Shown: positions 36,479 through 47,434, counted from the stretch's first letter. The stretch is DNA of 64,000 bases from Bacilli bacterium (GCA_016302065.1 JAEDOI010000002.1:1036-65035); one strand, 5' to 3'. Notes: generated from the sequence alone by a model not told the origin. Numbers and translations are program-made.

Positions 36479-37765
36479 TTACTCTTCTTTTATTAAAATT
36501 TCATCTAAATATTCTATTAAATCATCAATCTTAACGGTTTCTTGTTCTTTTAAGGCAAGATTTTTAACAACAACTTCTTGATTTTTAATTTCATTTTCTC
36601 CAAGAATTAATGCAAGTTTTGCTCTTCTTCTTTCAGCCTTTTTAAACATTTGAGACATATTTTTATTTTCTAAACATACCTCGCATGCATAACCTAAACT
36701 TCTAAGTTTATTAGTAAACGATAACGCATAAGGAATATTTTCACTTCCTATTGGAAGCACATAAATATCAAGCATTGTATCTTCAAGATCAATTTCATCA
36801 AATAAAGAATCATCATTCATAACTGAAACCAAACGTTCAATTCCCATTGCAAATCCAATACCTTCAATATCTGGTCCTTCAAGCTCTTTTACTAACTTGT
36901 TGTAATGACCTCCAGCTCCAATTGCTCCATAGTTCTTTCCTTGTTTTGAAGTATAATGGAATTCAAAGACAACTCCACTATAATAATCTAATCCTCTAAC
37001 TAATGAATCATCTACTTCATAATTTACTCCATTAGTAGAAAGGATATTTTTAACTTCTTCAAACGAATTTCTCGCTTGTTCTGTTAAGAAATCACTCATT
37101 TTTGGAGCATTTTTCACTATTTCTTGATCGCTAGGATCTTTACAATCAAGAATTCTAAGTGGATTCAAATTGTAACGTTCGTGACAATCAGCGCACATTT
37201 CTTCAAGATGATCTTTGAAATAGTCCTTTAAAACTGTTTTATAATTTAATCTACTCTCTTCATCACCAAGAGTATTTATTTTTAAAGTAATATTTTTAAA
37301 TCCAAGCATCTTCAATGCATTATATGCAAGAATAATAACTTCACTATCTCTATATGAATTATTTACACCAACACATTCAACACCAAATTGATTAAATTGA
37401 CGATATCTTCCTTGCTGAGGGCGTTCATATCTGAAGCAAGGCCCAACATAATACGCTTTTTTTGGATAATCTTGTTCAATAAAAAGTTTATTATTAACCA
37501 TACTTCTTACAACACCAGCTGTTAATTCTGGCCTAAGAGTAATACTTCTATCTCCTTTATCAAGAAAAGTGTACATTTCTTTTCTTACAATATCGCTAGA
37601 ATCTCCAACAGATCTTGTAAACAAATTGCTAGCTTCAATAATCGGAGTTCTAAACTCTTTAAAACCATAAGTTTCAGCAACCCTAATTAAAACTTGTTCT
37701 ACGTATGTATATTTACTAGCTTCATCTAATATAACATCGTGAGTTCCTTTTAAAACAGTAATCAT
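36479..37765 (-). CDS. hisS: histidine--tRNA ligase
   Basis: 428 aa. Sequence includes GTHD, FRYERPQQGRYRQFNQFGVE and GGHYN. Confidence 0.97.
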   Translation of the reverse strand: MITVLKGTHDVILDEASKYTYVEQVLIRVAETYGFKEFRTPIIEASNLFTRSVGDSSDIVRKEMYTFLDKGDRSITLRPELTAGVVRSMVNNKLFIEQDYPKKAYYVGPCFRYERPQQGRYRQFNQFGVECVGVNNSYRDSEVIILAYNALKMLGFKNITLKINTLGDEESRLNYKTVLKDYFKDHLEEMCADCHERYNLNPLRILDCKDPSDQEIVKNAPKMSDFLTEQARNSFEEVKNILSTNGVNYEVDDSLVRGLDYYSGVVFEFHYTSKQGKNYGAIGAGGHYNKLVKELEGPDIEGIGFAMGIERLVSVMNDDSLFDEIDLEDTMLDIYVLPIGSENIPYALSFTNKLRSLGYACEVCLENKNMSQMFKKAERRRAKLALILGENEIKNQEVVVKNLALKEQETVKIDDLIEYLDEILIKEE

Positions 37766-37788
37766 ATTTAATTCTCCAAATCAAAATT

Positions 37789-37817
37789 ATTATATCTAAT
37801 ATTTAGATATAATACAA
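37789..37817 (-). promoter_or_regulatory. candidate hisS-aspS promoter (TTGTAT-17-TATAAT) overlapped by a 9-3-9 palindrome
   Basis: Minus strand: TTGTAT at 37817-37812, a 17-nt spacer, TATAAT at 37794-37789, and GGAG SD about 8 nt before the ATG. The palindrome TATATCTAA-n3-TTAGATATA is at 37791-37811. Confidence 0.45.
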
Positions 37818-37849
37818 AAGAAACAAGGTTAAAAATAAAATATTTAATG

Positions 37850-40075
37850 CTAATGAAATACTCTTTTTATTTCATTAACTGATCTGATATTTTTTAAAGC
37901 GACAAAAACTTTTTCTAATTCATTTAAATCTTCACAATATACTTGGCAAGAAACAGAACAAGAAAAGGTTTCAGAATGCAATTTAGCACTTATTTCAGTA
38001 CATTTAATACGAAGCGAACCAAGAACGGACATAATGTCAACAATTAAATTATCTCTATCGCTACACTCAATTAAAAGATCAACAGGATATGATTTGCTTT
38101 TTAAATTTTGTTTCCAATGAACATCAATAAGACGTTTTGTAACATTAGAAATATTTGGACAATCACATCTATGAACAGTAATTCCCATCCCTTTTGTTAC
38201 ATATCCAATGATTCGATCTCCTGGAATTGGGGTGCAACAATTGCCTAAAGTAATTTTAAGTCCACTTTCATTATCAACTGTTACTGGGCAATTATCATTA
38301 TCAAAGTTTTCTTTCTTACTTAAATTGACAGCATTATCAATTTCTTTTCTCTTGAATCCAATAAAGTCGGCAATTTGACTAGGGTTTGGATTATGAGAGG
38401 CAATTGCAATGAATAAATCATCTAAAGTTTTACAATGGTAGTTATTTAGTACATTATTAGTAGATATTAAGTCTATCGCTTCTTTTTCTTCTGCGCCTCT
38501 ATCCTTAAAAAAATCAAGACAGGATTGTCTTCCTTTATTAATTCTATCTTCTCTAAGAAGAGATTCGTTTCTCTTTATTAAAAATTTCTTAATATTAGTT
38601 TTTGCAGTATTTGTTTTAACTAAATTTAACCAGTTTTCATTTGGCCCAGGTGCATTATTTGATGTTTTAATTTCAACAACATCACCAGTTTTTAATTGAG
38701 TAGATAGCGGCACAAGGTTGTTATTAACCATAGCTCCAGTAATTGAAAGACCAAGTTTTGTATGAATTTTAAAAGCTAAATCAATAGGAGTTGATCCACT
38801 TGGCAAATCTATAACTTTTCCTTTTGGAGTAAAGACGTATACATTTGCTTCAAAAATATCTTTTGTTAAAGATTCCATATAATCTTTTGCAGATTTATCT
38901 TGATTTTCAGTAGAAATAGAAACAAAATCTCTAAACCAATGTAACTGTTCTTCAATTTCTCTTTGTTCCTGCTTAGCATTATAATGTGAATTTTCTTTAT
39001 ATCTCCAGTGAGCAGCAACACCGCTTTCAGCAACCTCATCCATTTCATGAGTTCTAATTTGAACTTCAAATATATTACCATCACCACTCATAATGGTTGT
39101 ATGTAAAGATTGATACATGTTTGGCTTTGGCATGGCAATATAATCTTTAAAACGACCAGGAATTGGTTTGAAATTTGAATGAATTAAACCTAAAATTTCA
39201 TAACAATTGATTTCAGTTTCTGCAATAATTCTAATCGCTAAAACATCATAAATTTGTTCGAATTTATGACCTTTTTGATACATCTTTTTGTATATCGAAA
39301 ATATTGACTTAACCCTTGATTCAATCTCAATCTTAAAATTAGCTGAAATTAAAATATCAGCAATTTTCTTTTTTAAACTATTAAGTGCTTTACTACGATT
39401 TTTAATATTTTTATTTAAATTGTCTAAAATATTTTGATATTCAACTGGATGTTCTATTTTTAAAGATAAATCTTCAAGTTCGCTTTCAATTTTATAAATA
39501 CCTAAACGATGAGCAATTGGAGCAAAAACTTCAAGAGTTTCTTTAGCTAAAGCGTGTTGTCTTTCAGGTTTTAAAGCTTCAATTGTTCTTAAATTATGAA
39601 GTCTATCGGCTAATTTAATGATAATAACACGTAAATCTTTAGCCATTCCAAGGAAAATTTTACGATGATCTTCAGCTTCAAATTCTTCTTGAGTGTTTCT
39701 TGAGAGCTTTAATCTTTGAATTTTAGTTAATGCATCGACAATTCTTCCTACTTCTTGCCCAAAAAGTCTATTAATATCTTCAATAGTAACTTCAGTATCT
39801 TCAACAACATCGTGTAAAAATGCACTACATATTGTAACAGGACCACTTTGAAGAGAAGCACAAATATAAGCGACCTCAATTAAATGTTGAACATAAGGCT
39901 CACCACTTTTTCTAAAAATTCCATCATGTTTTAAATTAGCAAATTCATATGCTTTTTTAATTAATTCTCTATCTGCTTCTTTAAAAATATATCCATAATA
40001 AATTTCCCTTACATCTTCGAAGGTATGCATTGGATAACCGCCATTTGGCACTAATTTTTTAACATTTTCTTCCAT
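37850..40075 (-). CDS. relA: bifunctional (p)ppGpp synthetase/hydrolase
   Basis: 741 aa. HD hydrolase domain (HDVVEDT), synthetase domain (RFKDYIAMPKPNMYQSLHTT), and TGS and ACT domains. Confidence 0.96.
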   Translation of the reverse strand: MEENVKKLVPNGGYPMHTFEDVREIYYGYIFKEADRELIKKAYEFANLKHDGIFRKSGEPYVQHLIEVAYICASLQSGPVTICSAFLHDVVEDTEVTIEDINRLFGQEVGRIVDALTKIQRLKLSRNTQEEFEAEDHRKIFLGMAKDLRVIIIKLADRLHNLRTIEALKPERQHALAKETLEVFAPIAHRLGIYKIESELEDLSLKIEHPVEYQNILDNLNKNIKNRSKALNSLKKKIADILISANFKIEIESRVKSIFSIYKKMYQKGHKFEQIYDVLAIRIIAETEINCYEILGLIHSNFKPIPGRFKDYIAMPKPNMYQSLHTTIMSGDGNIFEVQIRTHEMDEVAESGVAAHWRYKENSHYNAKQEQREIEEQLHWFRDFVSISTENQDKSAKDYMESLTKDIFEANVYVFTPKGKVIDLPSGSTPIDLAFKIHTKLGLSITGAMVNNNLVPLSTQLKTGDVVEIKTSNNAPGPNENWLNLVKTNTAKTNIKKFLIKRNESLLREDRINKGRQSCLDFFKDRGAEEKEAIDLISTNNVLNNYHCKTLDDLFIAIASHNPNPSQIADFIGFKRKEIDNAVNLSKKENFDNDNCPVTVDNESGLKITLGNCCTPIPGDRIIGYVTKGMGITVHRCDCPNISNVTKRLIDVHWKQNLKSKSYPVDLLIECSDRDNLIVDIMSVLGSLRIKCTEISAKLHSETFSCSVSCQVYCEDLNELEKVFVALKNIRSVNEIKRVFH

Positions 40076-40095
40076 AACTAAATTTTAATATACCC

Positions 40096-41652
40096 TTAAT
40101 TTTTTTCAAATGAATTAACAACAAATTGAGCACTTGAAAATCCATTAAATTCATTTAATTCTAGACTTCCAAACAATTTAACATTTTTATAAGTTAATAT
40201 TGTTAAATCAAAGTTAAAATAAACAAGCGAAGACTGAAATGCTAAGCTAGTAATTATGTGTTTATGGTCTCTAGAAAAAGTAAATTTAGAAGTATTAAAA
40301 GAATCTATTTCAAAAATAGGTTTATTAAATCCCATTCCAAATGGTCTAAATGAATTTAAGATTTCTAAATTTTTTAAATTAACCTCAGTTAAGTTAATAT
40401 TGATAGTTTTTTTATCTTCTTTAATAAATTCGTGTTTAAGAGCAATTTGATTAAATTTTTCTTTAAATTTTTCAAAATCATCTTTTTTAATAGACAATCC
40501 TCCAGCTTGAGCATGCCCACCACTTGTAAGAAGAAAGTCTTTTAACTCTTCAAAAGCTTTTACAACATTAAAACCAGGCTTACTTCTAATACTTCCTTTT
40601 AAGACGTCTTCTTTTTTACTATCCACAAAAATAATAGTAGGTTTTTGATATTTTTCTAAAAATTTATTAGCTACAAGACCACATAATCCTTCTTTAATAT
40701 CCATTTTTTCAATTATTGAAGGCATCGAGTCATCTACATTAACCGTTAACATTGCTTCATTAATTAAATCTTTTCTCTTTAAATTAATTTCATTAATCCA
40801 TTCAACTCTTTTTAAAATTTGAGTTTTAGAATCGGTTGTAAAATATCTAACAATGTTAAAAAGTGAATTATCTAAGGCAATTCGACCTATTGCATTAATT
40901 TTCGGAATTAAATTCATGGATAAATCACTTTCAGTAATTGCTGAATGAGAATTAATCAAAGAAACAATATTAAAATACTTATTTTTATTTAAATTCCTTA
41001 ATCCGATTTTAACTAATTCACGATTATAATCTTTTAATTCCATTAAGTCAGATAAAGTAGAAATTGCTCCTAAAGTTGCTAAATAATCATCATCCCTATT
41101 TAAAAATACTCTCGAAAGATAAAAACTTACACCTCCAGCACTGAGATTTATTTTTCCAAAATTGCTAACAATAGGATGAAGAATAAATTTAGCATTAGGT
41201 AAAATATCTTCCTTAGTATGATGATCAATAACAATACATTCCATATTTAAAGAATTAAGATAATCGATTTCATCAACTAATGTAATTCCGTTATCAACAC
41301 AAATTATAAGATCATAATTTAATTTTTTGAATCGATCAATATTAGCTTTATTTAATCCATATCCATCTATTTCTCTATTTGGAATATAAAACCCTGGAGT
41401 ATATTGTTTATATTCATGAAGCATATTAAAAATAATTGAGGTAGCCATAATACCATCACAATCATAATCTCCATAGATTAATATTTTCTTTTTTTGATCA
41501 ATTGCTTGTTTTAAATATAAAGCAACATCCTCTATTCCATCAAAAAATTTAGAATCTTTTAATGATTCATAACTAGGTTCCTTAATCATATCTAAATATG
41601 AAGAAGGATCTAAATCATAATATTCTAAAATTTTAGTTAAAAAATCTTTCAT
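40096..41652 (-). CDS. recJ: single-stranded-DNA exonuclease RecJ (short form)
   Basis: 518 aa, DHH/DHHA1 family. Sequence includes YGDYDCDG, VIDHH and GGHAQAGG. secDF-recJ-relA synteny. Confidence 0.88.
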   Translation of the reverse strand: MKDFLTKILEYYDLDPSSYLDMIKEPSYESLKDSKFFDGIEDVALYLKQAIDQKKKILIYGDYDCDGIMATSIIFNMLHEYKQYTPGFYIPNREIDGYGLNKANIDRFKKLNYDLIICVDNGITLVDEIDYLNSLNMECIVIDHHTKEDILPNAKFILHPIVSNFGKINLSAGGVSFYLSRVFLNRDDDYLATLGAISTLSDLMELKDYNRELVKIGLRNLNKNKYFNIVSLINSHSAITESDLSMNLIPKINAIGRIALDNSLFNIVRYFTTDSKTQILKRVEWINEINLKRKDLINEAMLTVNVDDSMPSIIEKMDIKEGLCGLVANKFLEKYQKPTIIFVDSKKEDVLKGSIRSKPGFNVVKAFEELKDFLLTSGGHAQAGGLSIKKDDFEKFKEKFNQIALKHEFIKEDKKTININLTEVNLKNLEILNSFRPFGMGFNKPIFEIDSFNTSKFTFSRDHKHIITSLAFQSSLVYFNFDLTILTYKNVKLFGSLELNEFNGFSSAQFVVNSFEKN

Positions 41653-41663
41653 ACATTAGTTTA

Positions 41664-41685
41664 AAAGGCGATGTAAATCGCCTTT
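41664..41685 (-). terminator. GC-rich hairpin in the 37-bp secDF-recJ gap (terminator or attenuator)
   Basis: AAAGGCGAT-(4-nt loop)-ATCGCCTTT, a 9-bp perfect stem. On the minus strand it is followed only by TTTTAAA, and it ends 12 nt before the recJ ATG. Confidence 0.45.
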
Positions 41686-41689
41686 ATTA

Positions 41690-44470
41690 TTAATCGTTAA
41701 TTCCAGTAAAGACGGCTTCTTCAGGTCCTTCTTCACCTTTTTTAATTTTTGCTTGTTTTTCTTTCTTTGTAAACTTAATTCCTTTTGTGATAAACAAATA
41801 AACTTTAGAGCAAATCTTTTGCCCTTCAAGAGAAAGGTAATTAAGTGTTGGGACACTAGCAAGAAGTCCAACAATCAATAAAGCAAGTAATAATTTATTA
41901 ACTGATGGAGCAAAAATTAAAGCTATGATTGGGAAACAACAAATTAGAATAATGTTTTTAATTGTGTAATAATCTAAATTATTTGTTTCTTCAAAAACTT
42001 CATATCTTTTAGCAAGATCGGTTTTAAATACTTTTTTGTTTTCTTTATATTTTTCTTTTTCACCAACATAAATAAAATCAAATAAAATAGTATTAACAAT
42101 ATAAAGAACCAATAAACCAAGAATAATTACAGGACTTGCAGATACATGGACTAAACTGAATAAGCCAATAGTAATAAATAAAGCACAAGCATTCAATAAT
42201 GTAGAAACAATTGCTTTATTTACCCCAAATCTAATGATGAAATATACAAATTGAACAGCAAGAGCAATTCCTACAAAAATAAATACATAATTTGTATAAC
42301 TATCACTATCAACACTATAAATTTCTTTTAATTCAACATTTTCATTAGAAACATTATTCATTAAGACAATGTCTTTAGCATAACTTGAGAATGCTTCAAG
42401 AATTGGTGTTTCTATAAATGTTCCGTTAGTAGCATCATCTCTATAATAAATTGTAGAAGTCGAAGAATAAGTGTCTTCAAGACTAATCATATATGTGTAT
42501 TCATACTTAGTTGTATTACCGTTTTTAAAATTAAAGTAATAATATTCAACACTCAAATTTTTAATTAAAGCAGTTCCATCTTTATCCTTAGCGAAGTGAT
42601 CATTAAATTTTTCTTCAAAACTTACAACATAATTTTCAGCATTTTGTTCTGTAGGAACAATTTGTTGAATGTAAATTTCACTGCTTTGTTGACTTGAAGG
42701 AGTATTAAGTAATGTACCATTAATTGAACTAAAAGCAATCATTCCAGCAATTGAAGCAACAAGTACTACACCATAAATTGAAGCAGCAATAACTTTCTTT
42801 TTCTTCGTTTTCTTAGTATTAAAGGCTTCAAAATACGTTGGTTTTTCATCCATTGAAAGATCTGGAATAAATTTCTTTTCTAAAGCAATTACTTTAGGAT
42901 TTGAAGCAACATAGCTTGAATTATAAACAAACCAACTAACACCTCTAAGAACTAAGATATTTAATATAGCATTTAATACAGAACCAATCATTACAATAAT
43001 TCCAAATGAAGAAATAGCGGCATTTGGAATAAGATAAGCTATTAAACCAGCAAGAAGTCCAATAATTGAAGCATCTAAGCCAATCCATTGAGCTTTTTTA
43101 GAGCCATCAATAAAAGCTTTTTTAAAGTTTTTACCAGTATATATCTCTTTTTTAACTTTGTAGAATAAAGACATTGATGAAATAATACCCATTATTGTTA
43201 AAGTTAAAATTCCTAAAATTGCACCAATATTAAATTCAACACCAAGAAGATTAAATAAAGCAAGTGATATAATTCCAACACCAAATGTAGTAAGAGAACC
43301 AATAAGGCCATTAGCACCAAAATTTAAACAATAAACTAAAGTTACTATTACTATAGCGGCAAGAGTTGCAATCATTAACAAAGAAAGTCTTACTTTACTC
43401 ATGTAAACTAAATTTTCATATAAAGGTGGAACAGTATTATCAAGAGTTTCGCTTGGATAGTATTGATTTAAATATGTAACTTGATATTTATAAGTTGAAG
43501 CATTAAACATATTTAACCAAACAAGAGATTTAAAATAAACATCACTTGCACTATTTACGAAAGAGCCATAATTTGCTCCTTCATTAGCAGATCCATTTAA
43601 ATTGTATCCACCAAAATAAATCTTTTTAAAGTTATCTTCTTTACCTACGTCAGTAGAATCAAAATTCCAAAAAAATGATTCAGGTTTAGTAGCATCAAAT
43701 TCAAATAAAACATGTTTATGGTATTCACTCATTGAAAGATTGTCAGTTTCTTTTTTATCAACTAAATCTTTAATTGAAAGACCATCAAGCCAATCATTTA
43801 AAATGTAAATTTTATTTTCAGGTTTAGTAGCTTCCTCTTCGCTTCCTTCACCTTCTTTTAAAACGTGAAGATTTTTATTAGTAGGATCACCACTTTCTTC
43901 ACCTTTAGCTTTTTCATATAAGTCTTTAAATTTAGCACCATTATCGCTTAATTCAATAACAATATATGGATAATTATTTTTATATTCAATCGAAGCACTT
44001 CCTGCTGTAAAGAAATCGTTTGATGTTGAACCATTTTGAATTAAAGAAGCACTATTTCCAATTGTAACTGGACTTTCTGAATAAGTTGAAGCCATAAAAG
44101 ACCAACTAAAAGTCAAGTATTCAGTAATATCACTATAATAGGAATCATTTTCAGCTTTTAAAATGACACTAATCATGTCTTCACCCATTTTAGTGACTTT
44201 ATAGTTTGAAATTTGAATAGCATCTAAACGGCTTTCAAATGTTTGAATTATTTCATCAATTGCACCTTCATCTTGAAGTAAATTAGTGTTTTCATCTGTT
44301 CCATTAAATTCACCATCTGTAATAACACGATCACTAATTTTAAAGACAAATTCTTTTGATGAAGCATAATCAGCACTTCCTTTTATTCCTTTAACAGTAG
44401 GAATAAACCCAACTCCTAAACCAATAAAGATAGAAGCACATAATGTAACGTATCCGACAAATCTTTTCAT
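41690..44470 (-). CDS. secDF: fused protein translocase subunit SecDF
   Basis: 926 aa. Two six-helix membrane modules separated by large periplasmic-type domains. Position upstream of recJ. Confidence 0.85.
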   Translation of the reverse strand: MKRFVGYVTLCASIFIGLGVGFIPTVKGIKGSADYASSKEFVFKISDRVITDGEFNGTDENTNLLQDEGAIDEIIQTFESRLDAIQISNYKVTKMGEDMISVILKAENDSYYSDITEYLTFSWSFMASTYSESPVTIGNSASLIQNGSTSNDFFTAGSASIEYKNNYPYIVIELSDNGAKFKDLYEKAKGEESGDPTNKNLHVLKEGEGSEEEATKPENKIYILNDWLDGLSIKDLVDKKETDNLSMSEYHKHVLFEFDATKPESFFWNFDSTDVGKEDNFKKIYFGGYNLNGSANEGANYGSFVNSASDVYFKSLVWLNMFNASTYKYQVTYLNQYYPSETLDNTVPPLYENLVYMSKVRLSLLMIATLAAIVIVTLVYCLNFGANGLIGSLTTFGVGIISLALFNLLGVEFNIGAILGILTLTIMGIISSMSLFYKVKKEIYTGKNFKKAFIDGSKKAQWIGLDASIIGLLAGLIAYLIPNAAISSFGIIVMIGSVLNAILNILVLRGVSWFVYNSSYVASNPKVIALEKKFIPDLSMDEKPTYFEAFNTKKTKKKKVIAASIYGVVLVASIAGMIAFSSINGTLLNTPSSQQSSEIYIQQIVPTEQNAENYVVSFEEKFNDHFAKDKDGTALIKNLSVEYYYFNFKNGNTTKYEYTYMISLEDTYSSTSTIYYRDDATNGTFIETPILEAFSSYAKDIVLMNNVSNENVELKEIYSVDSDSYTNYVFIFVGIALAVQFVYFIIRFGVNKAIVSTLLNACALFITIGLFSLVHVSASPVIILGLLVLYIVNTILFDFIYVGEKEKYKENKKVFKTDLAKRYEVFEETNNLDYYTIKNIILICCFPIIALIFAPSVNKLLLALLIVGLLASVPTLNYLSLEGQKICSKVYLFITKGIKFTKKEKQAKIKKGEEGPEEAVFTGIND

Positions 44471-44542
44471 TGCTATACCCCTTTTATAAATTATAATTTA
44501 TAAATATCGCAATAAATAATACTATAAAACTAACGATTAAAC

Positions 44543-44572
44543 AAATGTTTTATACAATGTATAAAAACATTT
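44543..44572 (-). terminator. candidate terminator after ruvB
   Basis: A 13-bp A/T-rich stem with one bulge (AAATGTTTTATAC/GTATAAAAACATTT), 11 nt after the ruvB stop. Confidence 0.45.
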
Positions 44573-44583
44573 TCACAAATAAA

Positions 44584-45552
44584 TTAAAAATCATCGTTTA
44601 AAAGTGCTTCTTCACACTTTTTAATTCCTTTTAAAGTTAATATTCTACCTCTTTTTGTCCTTTCAATATACCCTTCATTTACTAAATAGCTTTCATAAAC
44701 ATCTCTAATATTGTTTACATTTTCTCCTATATAGCTTGCAATTACCTCTAAAGAAATAGGAACAGTTTTAAACTTCTTAAACATCAATTTTAAAATATCA
44801 ATATCTTCTTTTCTTAGACCATCTTTATCAATTTTAAGCATTGCAAATGCATTATTTAATATTTGTTTTGTTATTTTTTTACTATTTTCATAAATCGTAA
44901 AATCAACAATTCTTTTAAGTAAATTATTAGCAATTCGTGGTGTTTTTCGGCTTCTTTTTGCGATTTCAATTGCTTCACTATTATCAATCGAAAAACCCAT
45001 TTTTATAGTGTTTTCCCTAATAATTTTTGAAATTTCTTCAACAGTATAATAATCAAATTTAAATGTAATTCCAAAGCGATCTCTTAAAGGAGAAGAAATT
45101 AAAGCAATTTGAGTTGTAGCTCCAATAAAAGTAAAAGGAGAAATATCAAAATTAACTAGTTTTACTTGTTCACTATTTTTAAATGTAATGTTTAATTTGA
45201 AATCTTCTAAAACTGAATAAAGAATCTCTTCAAGAGATTTATCAAGTCGATGAATTTCATCAACAAATAAAACATCCCCTGGGTCTAAAATTGATAAAAT
45301 CCCAACTAAATCCCCTATAGTTTTTAATGTAGGAGCTGAAACAACCTTTATTTTTGAATTAAATTCATGAGCAATAATAAAAGCTAGTGAAGTCTTTCCA
45401 ACTCCAGGAGGCCCATAAAAAAGAGTATGATCTAAAGTTTCGTTCCTTTCTTTGGCACTATAAATATATATCTTTAATTTGTTTACAATTTCATCTTGAC
45501 CAACAAAATCTGATAATAAATTTGGTCGAAATAAATTATTTGTTTCGCTCAT
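44584..45552 (-). CDS. ruvB: Holliday junction helicase RuvB
   Basis: 322 aa. Sequence includes GPPGVGKTSLA, DEIHRL and RTPRIANNLLKR. Confidence 0.97.
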   Translation of the reverse strand: MSETNNLFRPNLLSDFVGQDEIVNKLKIYIYSAKERNETLDHTLFYGPPGVGKTSLAFIIAHEFNSKIKVVSAPTLKTIGDLVGILSILDPGDVLFVDEIHRLDKSLEEILYSVLEDFKLNITFKNSEQVKLVNFDISPFTFIGATTQIALISSPLRDRFGITFKFDYYTVEEISKIIRENTIKMGFSIDNSEAIEIAKRSRKTPRIANNLLKRIVDFTIYENSKKITKQILNNAFAMLKIDKDGLRKEDIDILKLMFKKFKTVPISLEVIASYIGENVNNIRDVYESYLVNEGYIERTKRGRILTLKGIKKCEEALLNDDF

Positions 45553-46096
45553 TTGTAATCAGCCTTAAACTTTGTTTTAAAGCTTCTCCATCTGTTAAAT
45601 TATCAGGAAGAAAAGCAATAGCTTTACCAATTTCTTCATCGTTATAGCCAAGATTTTTTAAAATTCTTATGACATTTACATAACGAAGTAAGTCAAAATC
45701 AAATTCTTTTAATTTGTTTTTTAACTCTAAAATAATTGATTGTCCTCTATTTTGAATTCCTTTTAAATTGTTTAAAGTAGTTGCATCTCCTTCTTTTATT
45801 AAAGAAACTAGCACATTTACATTATTATGCTTTAAAATAGATAAAGCAGATTTTGGTCCTATTCCATTGACAAGCAACAATTTTTTAAACATTGTTAATT
45901 GTTCAAAATCTTGAAAACCAAAAATAATTATTTCGACATTTTCTTTAATATAATCGTAAAGAAAAAGTTTGCAAGTATCATTTAATTTATACTTATCTAC
46001 ATCTAAAACAAAAACTTCATATCCAAGCCCATTAATTGTTATACAAATGGAACTTAAAAACTTATTTGTTACAATTCCTTCTATGTAAGAATACAT
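45536..46096 (-). CDS. ruvA: Holliday junction DNA-binding protein RuvA
   Basis: 186 aa. N-terminal OB fold and an HhH region (VNGIGPKSA). Overlaps ruvB. Confidence 0.92.
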   Translation of the reverse strand: MYSYIEGIVTNKFLSSICITINGLGYEVFVLDVDKYKLNDTCKLFLYDYIKENVEIIIFGFQDFEQLTMFKKLLLVNGIGPKSALSILKHNNVNVLVSLIKEGDATTLNNLKGIQNRGQSIILELKNKLKEFDFDLLRYVNVIRILKNLGYNDEEIGKAIAFLPDNLTDGEALKQSLRLITNERNK

Positions 46097-46111
46097 TTTT
46101 GCTTTTAAGGA

Positions 46112-47386
46112 TTAAGCAAAATATTCAAATTCAAAATCATCTAAAATGACAGTATCGCCATTTTTTGCTCCCATTTTTTCAAGAGCTTCTTCTACACCAA
46201 TATCATTAAGATATTTAATAAGTCTTAAAACACCTTCTTCCTCACTTAAATTGATAAGATGGTAAGTTCTAAGAACTCTTTCACCAACTATTCGATATGT
46301 ATTTTCGTTTTCTTTCTTAATGGAGAAAATTTCTTCACTCTTTCTAAGATCATAAACTTCCTCTTCATCTTTTTCATCATAAACTGGGAAAGTTTTAGCT
46401 GTTTTTAATAAGTCACTAGCTTTGTATAAAACCAATTTAAGATTAAAATCTGTTAAAGAACTAATTGGAATAACTTCTTTATTTTGCTTTTCCATCTCTT
46501 TTTTAAAATAGAGATATTTTTCGTTTGCTTCATCACTATCAACCTTGCTTGCAACAATAATTTCAGGTCTCTCAGTTAGATGCATTCCATAATTTGCTAA
46601 TTCGTCTCTAATAGTATTGTAATCAACTAAAGGATCTCTATCTGAAGACATATCAACTAAATGAATTAAAACTTTAGTTCTTTCAATATGCCTTAAAAAT
46701 GTAAGTCCAAGCCCTTTTCCTTGATATGCACCTTTTATTAACCCAGGCATATCAGCAAGAACAAAGCTTGTATTATCATCTAAATAAGCTACTCCTAAGT
46801 TTGGAACAATTGTTGTAAAATCATAATCACCAATTTCTGCTTTACAATTTGAAACACAAGAAATAAATGTTGATTTTCCAACACTTGGTAAACCAATAAT
46901 TCCAACATCAGCAAGTAACTTTAATTCGACAATGACCGTTTTTCTTTGACCTGGAAGTCCGTTTTCAGCAATTTTTGGAGCTTTATTACGTGCATTTTTA
47001 AAGCAAGCATTGCCTCTTCCACCTCTTCCGCCTTTACATAACAAAAATACTTTACCATCCTCATTCAAATCACAAATGAATTTATGAGTGTCTTTTTCAA
47101 AAACAACACTTCCAATTGGCAAATCAATATATAAATCATCCCCTTTTCTTCCATAAAGATTCTTTATATCACCATTTTCTCCATCTGGAGCACAAAATCT
47201 TTTTGCATGACGATAATTTACAAGGGTCGTAGTATTTTTATTAGCTCGAAGATAAATTGATCCGCCTCTTCCTCCATTTCCACCATCAGGACCACCTAAT
47301 GGGCGATTTTTTTCACGAAGAAAAGAAAGACGGCCATCACCACCTTTTCCACTTCTACAATCTAATATTACTCTGTCTATAAACAT
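46112..47386 (-). CDS. obg: GTPase Obg
   Basis: 424 aa. Glycine-rich N-domain (GGDGGNGGRGGS), GLPSVGKST, and a TGS-like C-terminus. Confidence 0.97.
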   Translation of the reverse strand: MFIDRVILDCRSGKGGDGRLSFLREKNRPLGGPDGGNGGRGGSIYLRANKNTTTLVNYRHAKRFCAPDGENGDIKNLYGRKGDDLYIDLPIGSVVFEKDTHKFICDLNEDGKVFLLCKGGRGGRGNACFKNARNKAPKIAENGLPGQRKTVIVELKLLADVGIIGLPSVGKSTFISCVSNCKAEIGDYDFTTIVPNLGVAYLDDNTSFVLADMPGLIKGAYQGKGLGLTFLRHIERTKVLIHLVDMSSDRDPLVDYNTIRDELANYGMHLTERPEIIVASKVDSDEANEKYLYFKKEMEKQNKEVIPISSLTDFNLKLVLYKASDLLKTAKTFPVYDEKDEEEVYDLRKSEEIFSIKKENENTYRIVGERVLRTYHLINLSEEEGVLRLIKYLNDIGVEEALEKMGAKNGDTVILDDFEFEYFA

Positions 47387-47399
47387 ACTTTTTACTTTT

Positions 47400-47434
47400 T
47401 AGAAATAAAACCACCTACATTAAAGCAGGTGGTT
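47400..47434 (-). terminator. intrinsic terminator after the rplU-prp-rpmA operon
   Basis: AACCACCT (10-nt loop) AGGTGGTT. On the minus strand it is followed by TTTATTTCT, 8 nt after the rpmA stop. Confidence 0.65.

Noticed and set aside
41653-41689. The GC-rich hairpin between secDF and recJ as a riboswitch or other RNA gene.
   Set aside because: It is a single 9-bp stem in a 37-bp gap, too small for a structured RNA. I kept it only as a low-confidence terminator/attenuator feature.
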